The notes below the pieces were generated by a model, which saw only the letters and a list, made by a program, of their open reading frames with translations, was not told the DNA's origin and searched no databases. From IMG/VR virus record IMGVR_UViG_3300022407_003814, positions 1 through 47,139 of that record: a stretch of DNA of 47,139 nt; one strand, 5' to 3'. The DNA comes from a virus. Its lineage: Duplodnaviria; Caudoviricetes. Of this stretch, positions 8,000 to 15,568 are shown one piece after another (the first letter of the stretch is position 1; each line of letters begins with the position of its first letter). The translations under genes and the position numbers were made by a program.

Positions 8000-8311
8000 A
8001 ACCAGCGCCAAGGACCAGGGGCCGCGCATGCGGCGAGTTGCACCAGATGTACCGCCGAGTCCCGAAAGGGTCTAAGGGCGTCGAGATGTAAGGTAATGCC
8101 CCTCGGGCCGAAAGGCTGACGCTATGCGGAGGGGCGCTGAACCGGCACGTATAGACCCGTACCGGCAGCGAGGCGGACCTGGCCACATCACTTGGCGGTA
8201 CATCTGGTGCAATTGGATTTCTTCGGTAGGTGGGACTCCTAGAAAATCGCGGACCTTCGCGGCAAGGCATGAGCCATTTGCACCAACCCACACCCTGCTG
8301 CTCCAGACCTT
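8000..8311 (+). ncRNA. Putative highly structured non-coding RNA, not assigned to a family
   Basis: Helix 8036-8060/8190-8214 with G-U pairs, two GAAA tetraloop hairpins, several crossing helices, no credible ORF. Confidence 0.7.
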
Positions 8312-8335
8312 GACCCGCTTCGGCGGGTTCTTTTT
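8312..8335 (+). terminator. Rho-independent terminator
   Basis: acccgc-ttcg-gcgggt followed by tcttttt (cUUCGg loop). Confidence 0.88.
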
Positions 8336-8343
8336 GAAGCACA

Positions 8344-8373
8344 GTTGACACACGCGACATCTTGCACCAAACT
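8344..8373 (+). promoter_or_regulatory. Sigma70-like promoter with palindromic box
   Basis: TTGACA-17-CAAACT; gttgac acacgc gacatc. Confidence 0.7.
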
Positions 8374-8405
8374 GCGACCACTACCACGAACTGGAGCAAC
8401 AGCAG

Positions 8406-8843
8406 ATGTATCAGACCGAGAAAGACATCCAAATGCAGCAAGCCGTCACCGGCGGGCAGATGAAAACTAACTATTGGGCCGAGAAAACAGCGCGTCAGGC
8501 CGCCCAGCTACGTCAGCGTGACGACGCCCTGGCCACCGCGCACCGCCACTTCAGCATCTACCGCTGGGTCGCCATCGTCGGCTGGCTCATCGCGATTGCG
8601 CTGCTCACCCTGCAGCCAACGTACGCCACTGCCGCAACGCTCCCGGTTGGCAGCTTGGCCTGTGACAACGCCCTGGCCTACGAGGCGCAGATGCTCACGT
8701 TCAGCGATGCCACGATCGTAGCTGACCCAGGCTGCGTGTTCACCGACCGCGATCTGGTGGTGTACGTCGTCAGCGGCAACGAGGTGTTCGTTGAGGAAAT
8801 TGGGTTCAGCGTTTGGGCTGATGCGGAGGTGCTGGAGCCATGA
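8406..8843 (+). CDS. Single-pass membrane protein with an acidic C-terminal domain
   Basis: GGAG SD; TM WVAIVGWLIAIALLTL; two Cys in the C-terminal domain. Confidence 0.75.
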   Translation: MYQTEKDIQMQQAVTGGQMKTNYWAEKTARQAAQLRQRDDALATAHRHFSIYRWVAIVGWLIAIALLTLQPTYATAATLPVGSLACDNALAYEAQMLTFSDATIVADPGCVFTDRDLVVYVVSGNEVFVEEIGFSVWADAEVLEP

Positions 8844-9058
8844 GCACCAAACAGATCTACCTGCTCGAACAGATGTACGAAGGCTGCGGCACAGGCGCCC
8901 TCGTCGTCCGCGCAGCCTGCGAGACCTGCGCCCGATCCGTGGCAGCCGGTGAAGCTGGATCAGAAGGCCCCGCAGTGTGGCGTGACCCCGAGCGGTCCAC
9001 CTGCAAGCGGGTAAACGAAGACGGCAAAAGCGGCGTTGTGCTGCGTAGTGAGGGTTGA
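8840..9058 (+). CDS. Hypothetical protein (72 aa)
   Basis: ATGA coupling; GGAG SD. Confidence 0.75.
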   Translation: MSTKQIYLLEQMYEGCGTGALVVRAACETCARSVAAGEAGSEGPAVWRDPERSTCKRVNEDGKSGVVLRSEG

Positions 9059-9062
9059 GGCC

Positions 9063-9581
9063 ATGAGCAGTGTTGAAATCGCAATGACCTTCTGCATCGC
9101 CGCACACGCTGCCGTCGGCCAAGTGCGTAAGTACACCGGTGAGCCGTACTCAATGCACCCAATGGAAGTCGCTCGGATCATCATCGAGCACGTGCCGGAC
9201 TACACCGACGAGATGATTTGCGCCGCCCTGCTGCACGACGTCGTCGAGGATACCCAGGTGCCGTTGGCGGTCGTGCGCGCGATGTTCGGCCCAACCGTAG
9301 GCGACATGGTGGAGCAGCTGACCGATGTGTCGAAGGCAGAAGATGGCAACCGCGCCGTGCGCAAGGCTATCGATCTGCAGCACACTGCTCAGGCGTGCCC
9401 GGCGGCCAAGACTGTCAAACTGGCTGACCTGATCAGCAATTCCAGCAGCATCACGGCTCACGATCCCGAGTTCGCCAAGGTGTACCTTGCGGAGAAACGG
9501 GCGCTGCTGGAAGTGTTGCGAGAAGGTGACCCAACCCTGTACCAAATGGCGTACGACATCGCTTACGGAGCTGTGCAATGA
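9063..9581 (+). CDS. HD-domain small alarmone hydrolase-like protein (RelA/SpoT HD, Mesh1-like)
   Basis: AH..QVRKYTGEPYSMHP, AALLHDVVEDT, VEQLTD, VKLADLISN. Confidence 0.88.
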   Translation: MSSVEIAMTFCIAAHAAVGQVRKYTGEPYSMHPMEVARIIIEHVPDYTDEMICAALLHDVVEDTQVPLAVVRAMFGPTVGDMVEQLTDVSKAEDGNRAVRKAIDLQHTAQACPAAKTVKLADLISNSSSITAHDPEFAKVYLAEKRALLEVLREGDPTLYQMAYDIAYGAVQ

Positions 9582-9832
9582 CCAGCAAACGCGACTCAAA
9601 AAAGATTTACCTCAGCTTCGTGCGCGAGGGCGACGCCTTCAGCATTCAGGACCAGGACGGCCGCAAGGTTGCCGGGTTGAAAGGCGCGGAGCTGAAGTTT
9701 CAGCACGACGAACTCGCCGAGATTCAAATGCGCGTGCTCGATTGCACCGTGGCACATGACGAAGAAACCTGGCACATCGGGCGACCGCGCCCCGGCGCCG
9801 ATAAACCAAAAATAGAGATGCGCGAGGGTTGA
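9578..9832 (+). CDS. Hypothetical protein (84 aa)
   Basis: ATGA coupling; GGAG SD. Confidence 0.7.
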   Translation: MTSKRDSKKIYLSFVREGDAFSIQDQDGRKVAGLKGAELKFQHDELAEIQMRVLDCTVAHDEETWHIGRPRPGADKPKIEMREG

Positions 9833-9834
9833 GC

Positions 9835-10311
9835 ATGAAAACCAACGACGAATATACCGGCAGCACCACCTACTACCAGGTCGACATCACGAACCCGATC
9901 AACGAGCAGGCGCAGCCGTACACTGCCGAGTGCCAGGACATCATCGACGCCCTGGGCATGACGTTCAACGAAGGCAATGCGTTTAAAGCACTGTGGCGCC
10001 GTTGCGCGGCCCGCACCTTGGGTAAGTCGAAGCGAGGCTACACCGACGGGCTTTACGACGCTGAGAAAGTGGTGTTCTACGGGGAGCGCCTGGTGCAGCT
10101 AGAGCAATTGCAGCGCAAGGCGGACGGAGTTGAGCAGGGTGAGCTGACTTTGTCGGGAGAAACGACGGCTATCGGGGCTACTCATGTCGACCGAGAAGGC
10201 TACCTTTGTAAGCAGCGAGACGGAGCCTGGCACCAATACGTCGCAGGTGTATGGTGCCAGTTCAGCAGCTTTCCGGAGGGGCTCGTGGAGCTACCTCCTC
10301 GCAATCCGTGA
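9835..10311 (+). CDS. DUF3310-like protein (T7 gp1.7 nucleotide-kinase-like) with C-terminal extension
   Basis: ECQDIIDALGMTFNEGNAFKALWR...DAEKVVFY. Confidence 0.7.
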   Translation: MKTNDEYTGSTTYYQVDITNPINEQAQPYTAECQDIIDALGMTFNEGNAFKALWRRCAARTLGKSKRGYTDGLYDAEKVVFYGERLVQLEQLQRKADGVEQGELTLSGETTAIGATHVDREGYLCKQRDGAWHQYVAGVWCQFSSFPEGLVELPPRNP

Positions 10312-10346
10312 CCGTCACACCAACACAATGCCGCAACGAAACCCGG

Positions 10347-11258
10347 TCACGCTTTCTCCGGTGCCGGGTTTCGTTCCAGTAGCGCCTGTGCCCGCGCGAT
10401 AACGCCAGGGTTCAGTGGCTTGCCATCCTTGTCAACGAGAACGGTTATCGTTCCGCACTTGCAATTAAATTTATTGCCGTCCTGATCCCACCACAACCGC
10501 TGCTCCTGAGTCGTGTATAGCTTCGCGTGGCGCGCCCGGTGCGTTGGGCGCGTGGTTGGACTCAGAGCCGAAAAATGCATCTCCTTGGTCAGGATACCCA
10601 GGTCCGTCGTAGCCTGGTCCGCCTCCTGCAGCCGGGCAGCTCGCAGCGCCCCGGGCACCTCGGTACGCGCGATGCGCATTGCTGCCCTTGACTCGATACC
10701 GATCTGTGACGTTAGCTGCGCGGCGATATCCCGTACCCCCTTGCCGATCGCCAGCCCGTCCGATAGCACTTGGCCCATATGAGTACGCACCTCGGCGGTG
10801 TAGCCCTTGAGCGATTCCTGAATGCGGCCCTTGAGGAAACCCAGGCGCGTACGGTAAGGCTGCGATGTCAGCAGCGAGTCGAGCGTGGGGCGCGAGGCGG
10901 CGTACGCTGCAGACTGAATCGCCAGGTTCGATAGCTGCATAGCCGTGCCTTGCTGGTACGCCGGCTCAACGTACGCCTCGTTGAACCACAGGTCGCGGCC
11001 ATTGGACTCCAGCAGCAGCCGTTCCACCTGGGCGCCCACGTCGTCGAGCTGCATCTGCAGCATCTCGGGCGTTAGGTCGTATTGGTATACGCTAGCGTTG
11101 ACCGTGACCACGCGGTACGGAATGCGGCCCAGCAGACCGATATACAGCGCCCGAACCTTGGCGAGCCGGCGGTCAAAGTCGTTGATGGCGCCACGCTCGC
11201 GTCGGTCCTGCGCCGTTGGGTCGTGCGGGTTGCTAGGGAGGATCGCTTGGGCGGCCAT
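10347..11258 (-). CDS. Head morphogenesis protein (Mu F / SPP1 gp7-like)
   Basis: RIARTE, TRPTHRARH, FNCKC; AGAGGT SD. Confidence 0.9.
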   Translation of the reverse strand: MAAQAILPSNPHDPTAQDRRERGAINDFDRRLAKVRALYIGLLGRIPYRVVTVNASVYQYDLTPEMLQMQLDDVGAQVERLLLESNGRDLWFNEAYVEPAYQQGTAMQLSNLAIQSAAYAASRPTLDSLLTSQPYRTRLGFLKGRIQESLKGYTAEVRTHMGQVLSDGLAIGKGVRDIAAQLTSQIGIESRAAMRIARTEVPGALRAARLQEADQATTDLGILTKEMHFSALSPTTRPTHRARHAKLYTTQEQRLWWDQDGNKFNCKCGTITVLVDKDGKPLNPGVIARAQALLERNPAPEKA

Positions 11259-11271
11259 GGGGTAACCTCTA

Positions 11272-11301
11272 GTTGACATTTGCGTCACCTTAGCACATTC
11301 T
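11272..11301 (+). promoter_or_regulatory. Sigma70-like promoter with palindromic box
   Basis: TTGACA-17-CATTCT; gttgac atttgc gtcacc. Confidence 0.7.
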
Positions 11302-11329
11302 GCGCGCTCACAGATACGGAGCAGTTCAG

Positions 11330-11743
11330 GTGATTAAAGACAAGATGAAACGCAGAATACGGGACTATTGCGACAAGCAATACCCCGTGAAACTCGACAT
11401 CGTGCAGAACGACGACCACCGGCCCTTGTTTAACAACCGTTGCCAATGGAACGCCGACGCCCTGGTGCGTCAGGGTAAAGCTGTGGCAATCGTAGAATGC
11501 GTGGTGCTGTGGGGTGAATATGCAACCTTGCACTACGTCTGCCTCGGGCCGGACATGAAAGTATTTGATGCGACGTTGGGCCCTATCTACACGGGTTCCG
11601 ACTACCGGCTGATTAGCGTAATCCGGGACTTCCCGAACAACGACCCTGACGAGAAGTTGTGCAACATGAAAGACCAGATAGCAAAAGCGGCCGGCGTGCC
11701 TGCACCGCTTCGCAAGTGGTACGGGTCAGACAACCTGCTCTGA
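11330..11743 (+). CDS. Moron-like protein with a possible Cys-His-Asp (transglutaminase/papain-like) triad
   Basis: Own promoter and GGAG SD; NNRCQWNA...LHYVC...FDATLG. Confidence 0.7.
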   Translation: MIKDKMKRRIRDYCDKQYPVKLDIVQNDDHRPLFNNRCQWNADALVRQGKAVAIVECVVLWGEYATLHYVCLGPDMKVFDATLGPIYTGSDYRLISVIRDFPNNDPDEKLCNMKDQIAKAAGVPAPLRKWYGSDNLL

Positions 11744-13120
11744 CGGCGGCTGTTGTGCAAGCAGCTCATCGTCAGTCGGTCCGACGTCCGGCAGCGGTGC
11801 GGGCATGTCTTCCACCTCGAAGCCCGCCGTCGTGACGATCTGCTCAGGTGTGAAGTACTTGTCGCCAGTGGAGTTGCCCAGGTTGTTCGTCTCGGCCATC
11901 AGTTTCGCATTGGCCAGGCGTTCGCTGAGGGTAGCCTCGCCCAGGTCGTCCCACACGCACGTGATTTCAGGATCGGTGCCACTGAGCGGGGTATCGAGCA
12001 GGCGGTACTTCGACAGGTGGGCAACGAAGCCCTCGATATCGTCGCTCAGCTCGTTGACGCGGCGACCCTGGCCCCGTTTGTTGAAGTCCTTGATGTCTTC
12101 CGTGGAGGCACGTTCGCCAGTTTGCATGCCAACTACGATTTTGACGGGGATCTGCACGCTGGCACACGCGGACTGGAGCGCCACGTTAAACGGTTTCTCA
12201 GGATCCGGGACAGTGGCGACCAGGGGCGTAACCGTCGCCCCCTGCATGCCGAGAACGGTGTCCTGCCCGCGGTTCATGCCCTTGGCGATGTCATCGAATG
12301 CAGTGTGCAACTCGCTCAGCGGCACCCCGTACATCCGTGCCACCTGGTCCATTTGCGTATCTTTTTCGAAGTTGATCGCTAGTTGACGCGATGCGTTCTT
12401 GAGGAACGATTCACCCGCACCGCCGACCACTTTCTCAATCGTCACGAAGTCGTTGTAGCCGGCCTTGAGCAACGGTACGCCGGTACGATAGTCGCCCACG
12501 ATGAACACACGCGACGGGTGCACCTGCATGGCACGCCCCGGCTCGCGGCTGTCGTTTTCTTTGACCTGCGCCTCGTTGAATGACCACATGGACGGCTCAC
12601 CGTACGTTGGGCTGCGGTCGTTGCCGTCCCACGCGGAGGGCTCGAGCTGGCCTTCCCATGCCGGGATCAGCTTGACCAATACGCCCACTTTGGATTTCAG
12701 CGGCTGGTCCCACGTGAGCCCGTCTGCCACCTGCAGCAGGATGCCGGAGTAGTGACCGACTAGGCGCATGCGGTCCGCTTCTTTGAAGTGCTTCCACACC
12801 TTCAGCTTCTTGAACTGCTTCGCAATCGACTTTTCCCACGGCGTCTGCGTGGTGCTCTCGTCAGCCTTGTCGCCCTGGATTACTTCCGGCATTGTCTCCC
12901 AGCACTTGTCGAGCAGGCGGTGCACAACGCCGTGGGCCACGCCGTGACGCTCGTACATGCGGTACAGGTCGGCGAACACCAGGTCGTTCGGGAAGCCATA
13001 CTCGCACCAGGCACCTGGGCGTTTGGCGTCGTTGCCGCCCAGGGACAGGGCGTTACGTGAAGCGATGATTTGCCGCTGCGTCAGTTCGTTGACGGCCAGC
13101 TCAAGGGGCGTAGGCTGCAT
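11726..13120 (-). CDS. Portal protein (DUF1073-type), inverted
   Basis: YGFP..L.F.DLYRMYERHGVAHGVV, VHPSRV, IPVKIVVGMQTGERASTED; GGAG SD at ATG 13120. Confidence 0.88.
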   Translation of the reverse strand: MQPTPLELAVNELTQRQIIASRNALSLGGNDAKRPGAWCEYGFPNDLVFADLYRMYERHGVAHGVVHRLLDKCWETMPEVIQGDKADESTTQTPWEKSIAKQFKKLKVWKHFKEADRMRLVGHYSGILLQVADGLTWDQPLKSKVGVLVKLIPAWEGQLEPSAWDGNDRSPTYGEPSMWSFNEAQVKENDSREPGRAMQVHPSRVFIVGDYRTGVPLLKAGYNDFVTIEKVVGGAGESFLKNASRQLAINFEKDTQMDQVARMYGVPLSELHTAFDDIAKGMNRGQDTVLGMQGATVTPLVATVPDPEKPFNVALQSACASVQIPVKIVVGMQTGERASTEDIKDFNKRGQGRRVNELSDDIEGFVAHLSKYRLLDTPLSGTDPEITCVWDDLGEATLSERLANAKLMAETNNLGNSTGDKYFTPEQIVTTAGFEVEDMPAPLPDVGPTDDELLAQQPPSEQVV

Positions 13121-13194
13121 GTGAGTCGCTCCGGGGCGATTGGGTAATGCTGGACAGGATACACGCACGGTTGACACAGTGGGTAGTTACGGGA

Positions 13195-13224
13195 GTTGAC
13201 ACGGCTGTCAGCTAGGGCTAGAGT
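13195..13224 (+). promoter_or_regulatory. Sigma70-like promoter with palindromic box
   Basis: TTGACA-17-TAGAGT; gttgac acggct gtcagc. Confidence 0.75.
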
Positions 13225-13254
13225 CACGGCACAAACAACCTGGAGTAGCAGCAG

Positions 13255-13776
13255 ATGACATTCATCGTTACGTTTTCAGGGAAGCAGTTCGAACTGCTCA
13301 ACCCTACGCCTGAAAGAGTTGACATACGCGACATTGCGCATGCCCTCTCGCGAGTTTGTCGCTTTAACGGACATACCCGTGAACATTATTCGGTCGCCCA
13401 GCATTGCGTGCTCGTTTCCCGCAACGTTCCGGCGCATCTTCGGCTTGAGGCGCTACTGCACGACGCAGCCGAGGCTTACATCGGGGACGTTACTAGTCCG
13501 CTGAAAAGGGCCCTCGGAGAAGGATATAAGATGATCGAAAGGCGAGTTGAACGCGCGGTTGCGGACCACTTCGGCATTGACTGGAAAATGGCGCCTGAGG
13601 TGAAACTCGCAGACTTACGCGCGCTGGCAACGGAACGGCGAGACTTACTGGCGTACCACCCATCCGAGTGGCCGATGCTTGAAGGGATTGAGGCATTCGA
13701 AGAAACAATCGAGCCGATGACGTGCGACAGGGCAGAGTCTGCTTTCTTGAAAGAATTCCACGTCGTAACCCGCTGA
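13255..13776 (+). CDS. HD-domain 5'-deoxynucleotidase-like phosphohydrolase (YfbR/YfdR-like)
   Basis: DIAHALSRVCRFNGH..HYSVAQH, LLHDAAEAYIGD..SPLK, VKLADLRALATERRDL. Confidence 0.9.
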   Translation: MTFIVTFSGKQFELLNPTPERVDIRDIAHALSRVCRFNGHTREHYSVAQHCVLVSRNVPAHLRLEALLHDAAEAYIGDVTSPLKRALGEGYKMIERRVERAVADHFGIDWKMAPEVKLADLRALATERRDLLAYHPSEWPMLEGIEAFEETIEPMTCDRAESAFLKEFHVVTR

Positions 13777-13834
13777 CTTGCAACACCCGCACCATCTGGC
13801 GCATCCTATGCCCTATTTCCACGAGGGCTTAGGC

Positions 13835-15115
13835 ATGCGCCGCACATCTCGCGTCTTTCAGGTCAACCACGCACCCGGCGCAGAGCCGATCCGCGTCAAC
13901 CTGCGCACCATCGTCAACAATGCCGACATCCGCACCGTCAACGAAGACGGCCGCGAGTACCTGGTGATCCCGTCGTACACGCTGCCAGACAACGTGGTGA
14001 TGAACGGCGGTCTGTACCCGAAGGCCGAGATTGATGCCAGTTACCTCAGCCTCGAAGACACCCCTGCGCCTGTGGGCCACCCGATGGCCGGCGGCAAGTA
14101 CATCTCCGCATTCCACCCCAAGGCCACGAACGCATACTACGCCGGCGCGTACAATCGCAACGTTCGGCGCGAGGGTAACCGCGTGTACCTGGAGAAGTGG
14201 GTAGACACCGAATACGCCAAGAACAGCATTAAGGGCCGCGAGCTGCTCGAGGCCGTGGCAGCCAAGCAACCGATCCACACGAGTACCGGCATCATGCTGG
14301 AGCGTGAGTCCGTGACCAACGGCGACGGCTACGACTGGATCGCGCGCAACATGAAATTCGACCACGACGCTATCCTGATCAACGAGACCGGCGCGGCCAC
14401 TCCGGAGCAGGGCGTGGGCCTGATGGTCAACGTTGCTGATGCAAAGCCGATCACTGTAAACGACGATGTGCTCAGCGACGACAGCTACGAGGCCAAGCGT
14501 GACGCCTTGAGCCAGGCGCTGCAGGCGAAGTACGGCGCCGGTGACAACTGGGTCTACGCCGAGGACTTCGACGGGGTCAACGTGGTGTATTGCGTCGAAG
14601 GCGACTATTTCAGCACCGGCTACAGCTACATCGACGGCAAGGTGACCCTGTCGGAGCAGTCGGCACCGGTGGAACGTAAGGTTGAATTCAGTTTGAAAGC
14701 CACTGTCAATAAGATTTTGACGATGTTCCGCAGTGGTGTAACATCCAAACCCGTTAACACACTAAATACTGAGGCGCTCGATATGACACCCGAAGAACTG
14801 AAGGCGGCACTCGACGCCCAGTTGGCAGCACTGAACGCGGCTAACACCGCTGCCCTGGCTCCGTTGACCGAACAAATCACCGCGTTGCAGGCGGCCAACG
14901 CCGAACTGAAAACTGCGCTGACTGCGAACACCAACGCTCAAGAGACCGAGATGCGCGGTGTTGTTACCGAGCACTTGGGCGAAGTGGTTGCCAACGCACT
15001 GAGCGGCGATGCGCTGAAAGCTGCGTTCGTCAAGTTCGTGCCAGCTGCACCAGTGATCGGCGGTCTGCCGGTTGTAAACGCCAAAGACGGCTTTGCCGAC
15101 ACCCTGCCGGAGTAA
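13835..15115 (+). CDS. Prohead protease/scaffold (DUF2213-like); probable internal scaffold start at ATG 14783
   Basis: PVGHP, IHTSTG, FDHDAIL; C-terminal coiled coil preceded by a GAGG SD and ATG (MTPEELKAAL). Confidence 0.85.
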   Translation: MRRTSRVFQVNHAPGAEPIRVNLRTIVNNADIRTVNEDGREYLVIPSYTLPDNVVMNGGLYPKAEIDASYLSLEDTPAPVGHPMAGGKYISAFHPKATNAYYAGAYNRNVRREGNRVYLEKWVDTEYAKNSIKGRELLEAVAAKQPIHTSTGIMLERESVTNGDGYDWIARNMKFDHDAILINETGAATPEQGVGLMVNVADAKPITVNDDVLSDDSYEAKRDALSQALQAKYGAGDNWVYAEDFDGVNVVYCVEGDYFSTGYSYIDGKVTLSEQSAPVERKVEFSLKATVNKILTMFRSGVTSKPVNTLNTEALDMTPEELKAALDAQLAALNAANTAALAPLTEQITALQAANAELKTALTANTNAQETEMRGVVTEHLGEVVANALSGDALKAAFVKFVPAAPVIGGLPVVNAKDGFADTLPE

Positions 15116-15121
15116 GCGGAC

Positions 15122-15556
15122 ATGTCCAATGCAAACAAAATTTTCCTCGGGAGTGTCCACCGCGTCAATCCTGAGCAGATCGAGCGTAAATCCTCGGTAG
15201 CCGTCAAGTCCGGCATGCTGGCCGTTATCGCCGGTGCTGCACCTGGTCTGTTCAAGCCCCACGACGTGGCAGGTGCCTCGCCAGGTATGCACTACGTGGT
15301 CAAAGAGCCGATCCTCGGCCCAGTCGACTACACCTGGGCGCTGACCGATTCCGCTGCTGCGTACATCGCGCACAGCGGCGAAATCTACCAGATGCGCCTG
15401 GTGCCGGGCACCTACACTTTCGACGCCGCCCTCACCTCCAACGGTGACGGCCAGCTGAAGGTGTCCAACGGCACTACCGACATCACCGTCGCGTACTGCG
15501 ACGAATACATCACCACCACCGCGCCGCTGCCGTTTGCGCGCGTTAAATTCCGCTAA
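15122..15556 (+). CDS. Head decoration protein
   Basis: Lies between protease and capsid; LTSNGDGQLK motif. Confidence 0.75.
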   Translation: MSNANKIFLGSVHRVNPEQIERKSSVAVKSGMLAVIAGAAPGLFKPHDVAGASPGMHYVVKEPILGPVDYTWALTDSAAAYIAHSGEIYQMRLVPGTYTFDAALTSNGDGQLKVSNGTTDITVAYCDEYITTTAPLPFARVKFR

Positions 15557-15568
15557 GGGGCTGACGTC

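Noticed and set aside
8036-8214. Complete retron, DGR or group I/II intron
   Set aside because: No reverse transcriptase or homing endonuclease in the genome and no interrupted gene. GGTCTA/TAGACC only loosely recalls group I P7, and the P4/P6 consensus is not evident.
8206-8290. tRNA gene
   Set aside because: It has an acceptor-like stem but no TTCGA T-loop, no canonical D arm and no correctly placed CCA.
13255-13776. DatZ of a 2-aminoadenine (Z-genome) pathway
   Set aside because: No PurZ or MazZ homolog is visible; the motifs fit common YfbR/YfdR-like phage HD proteins.
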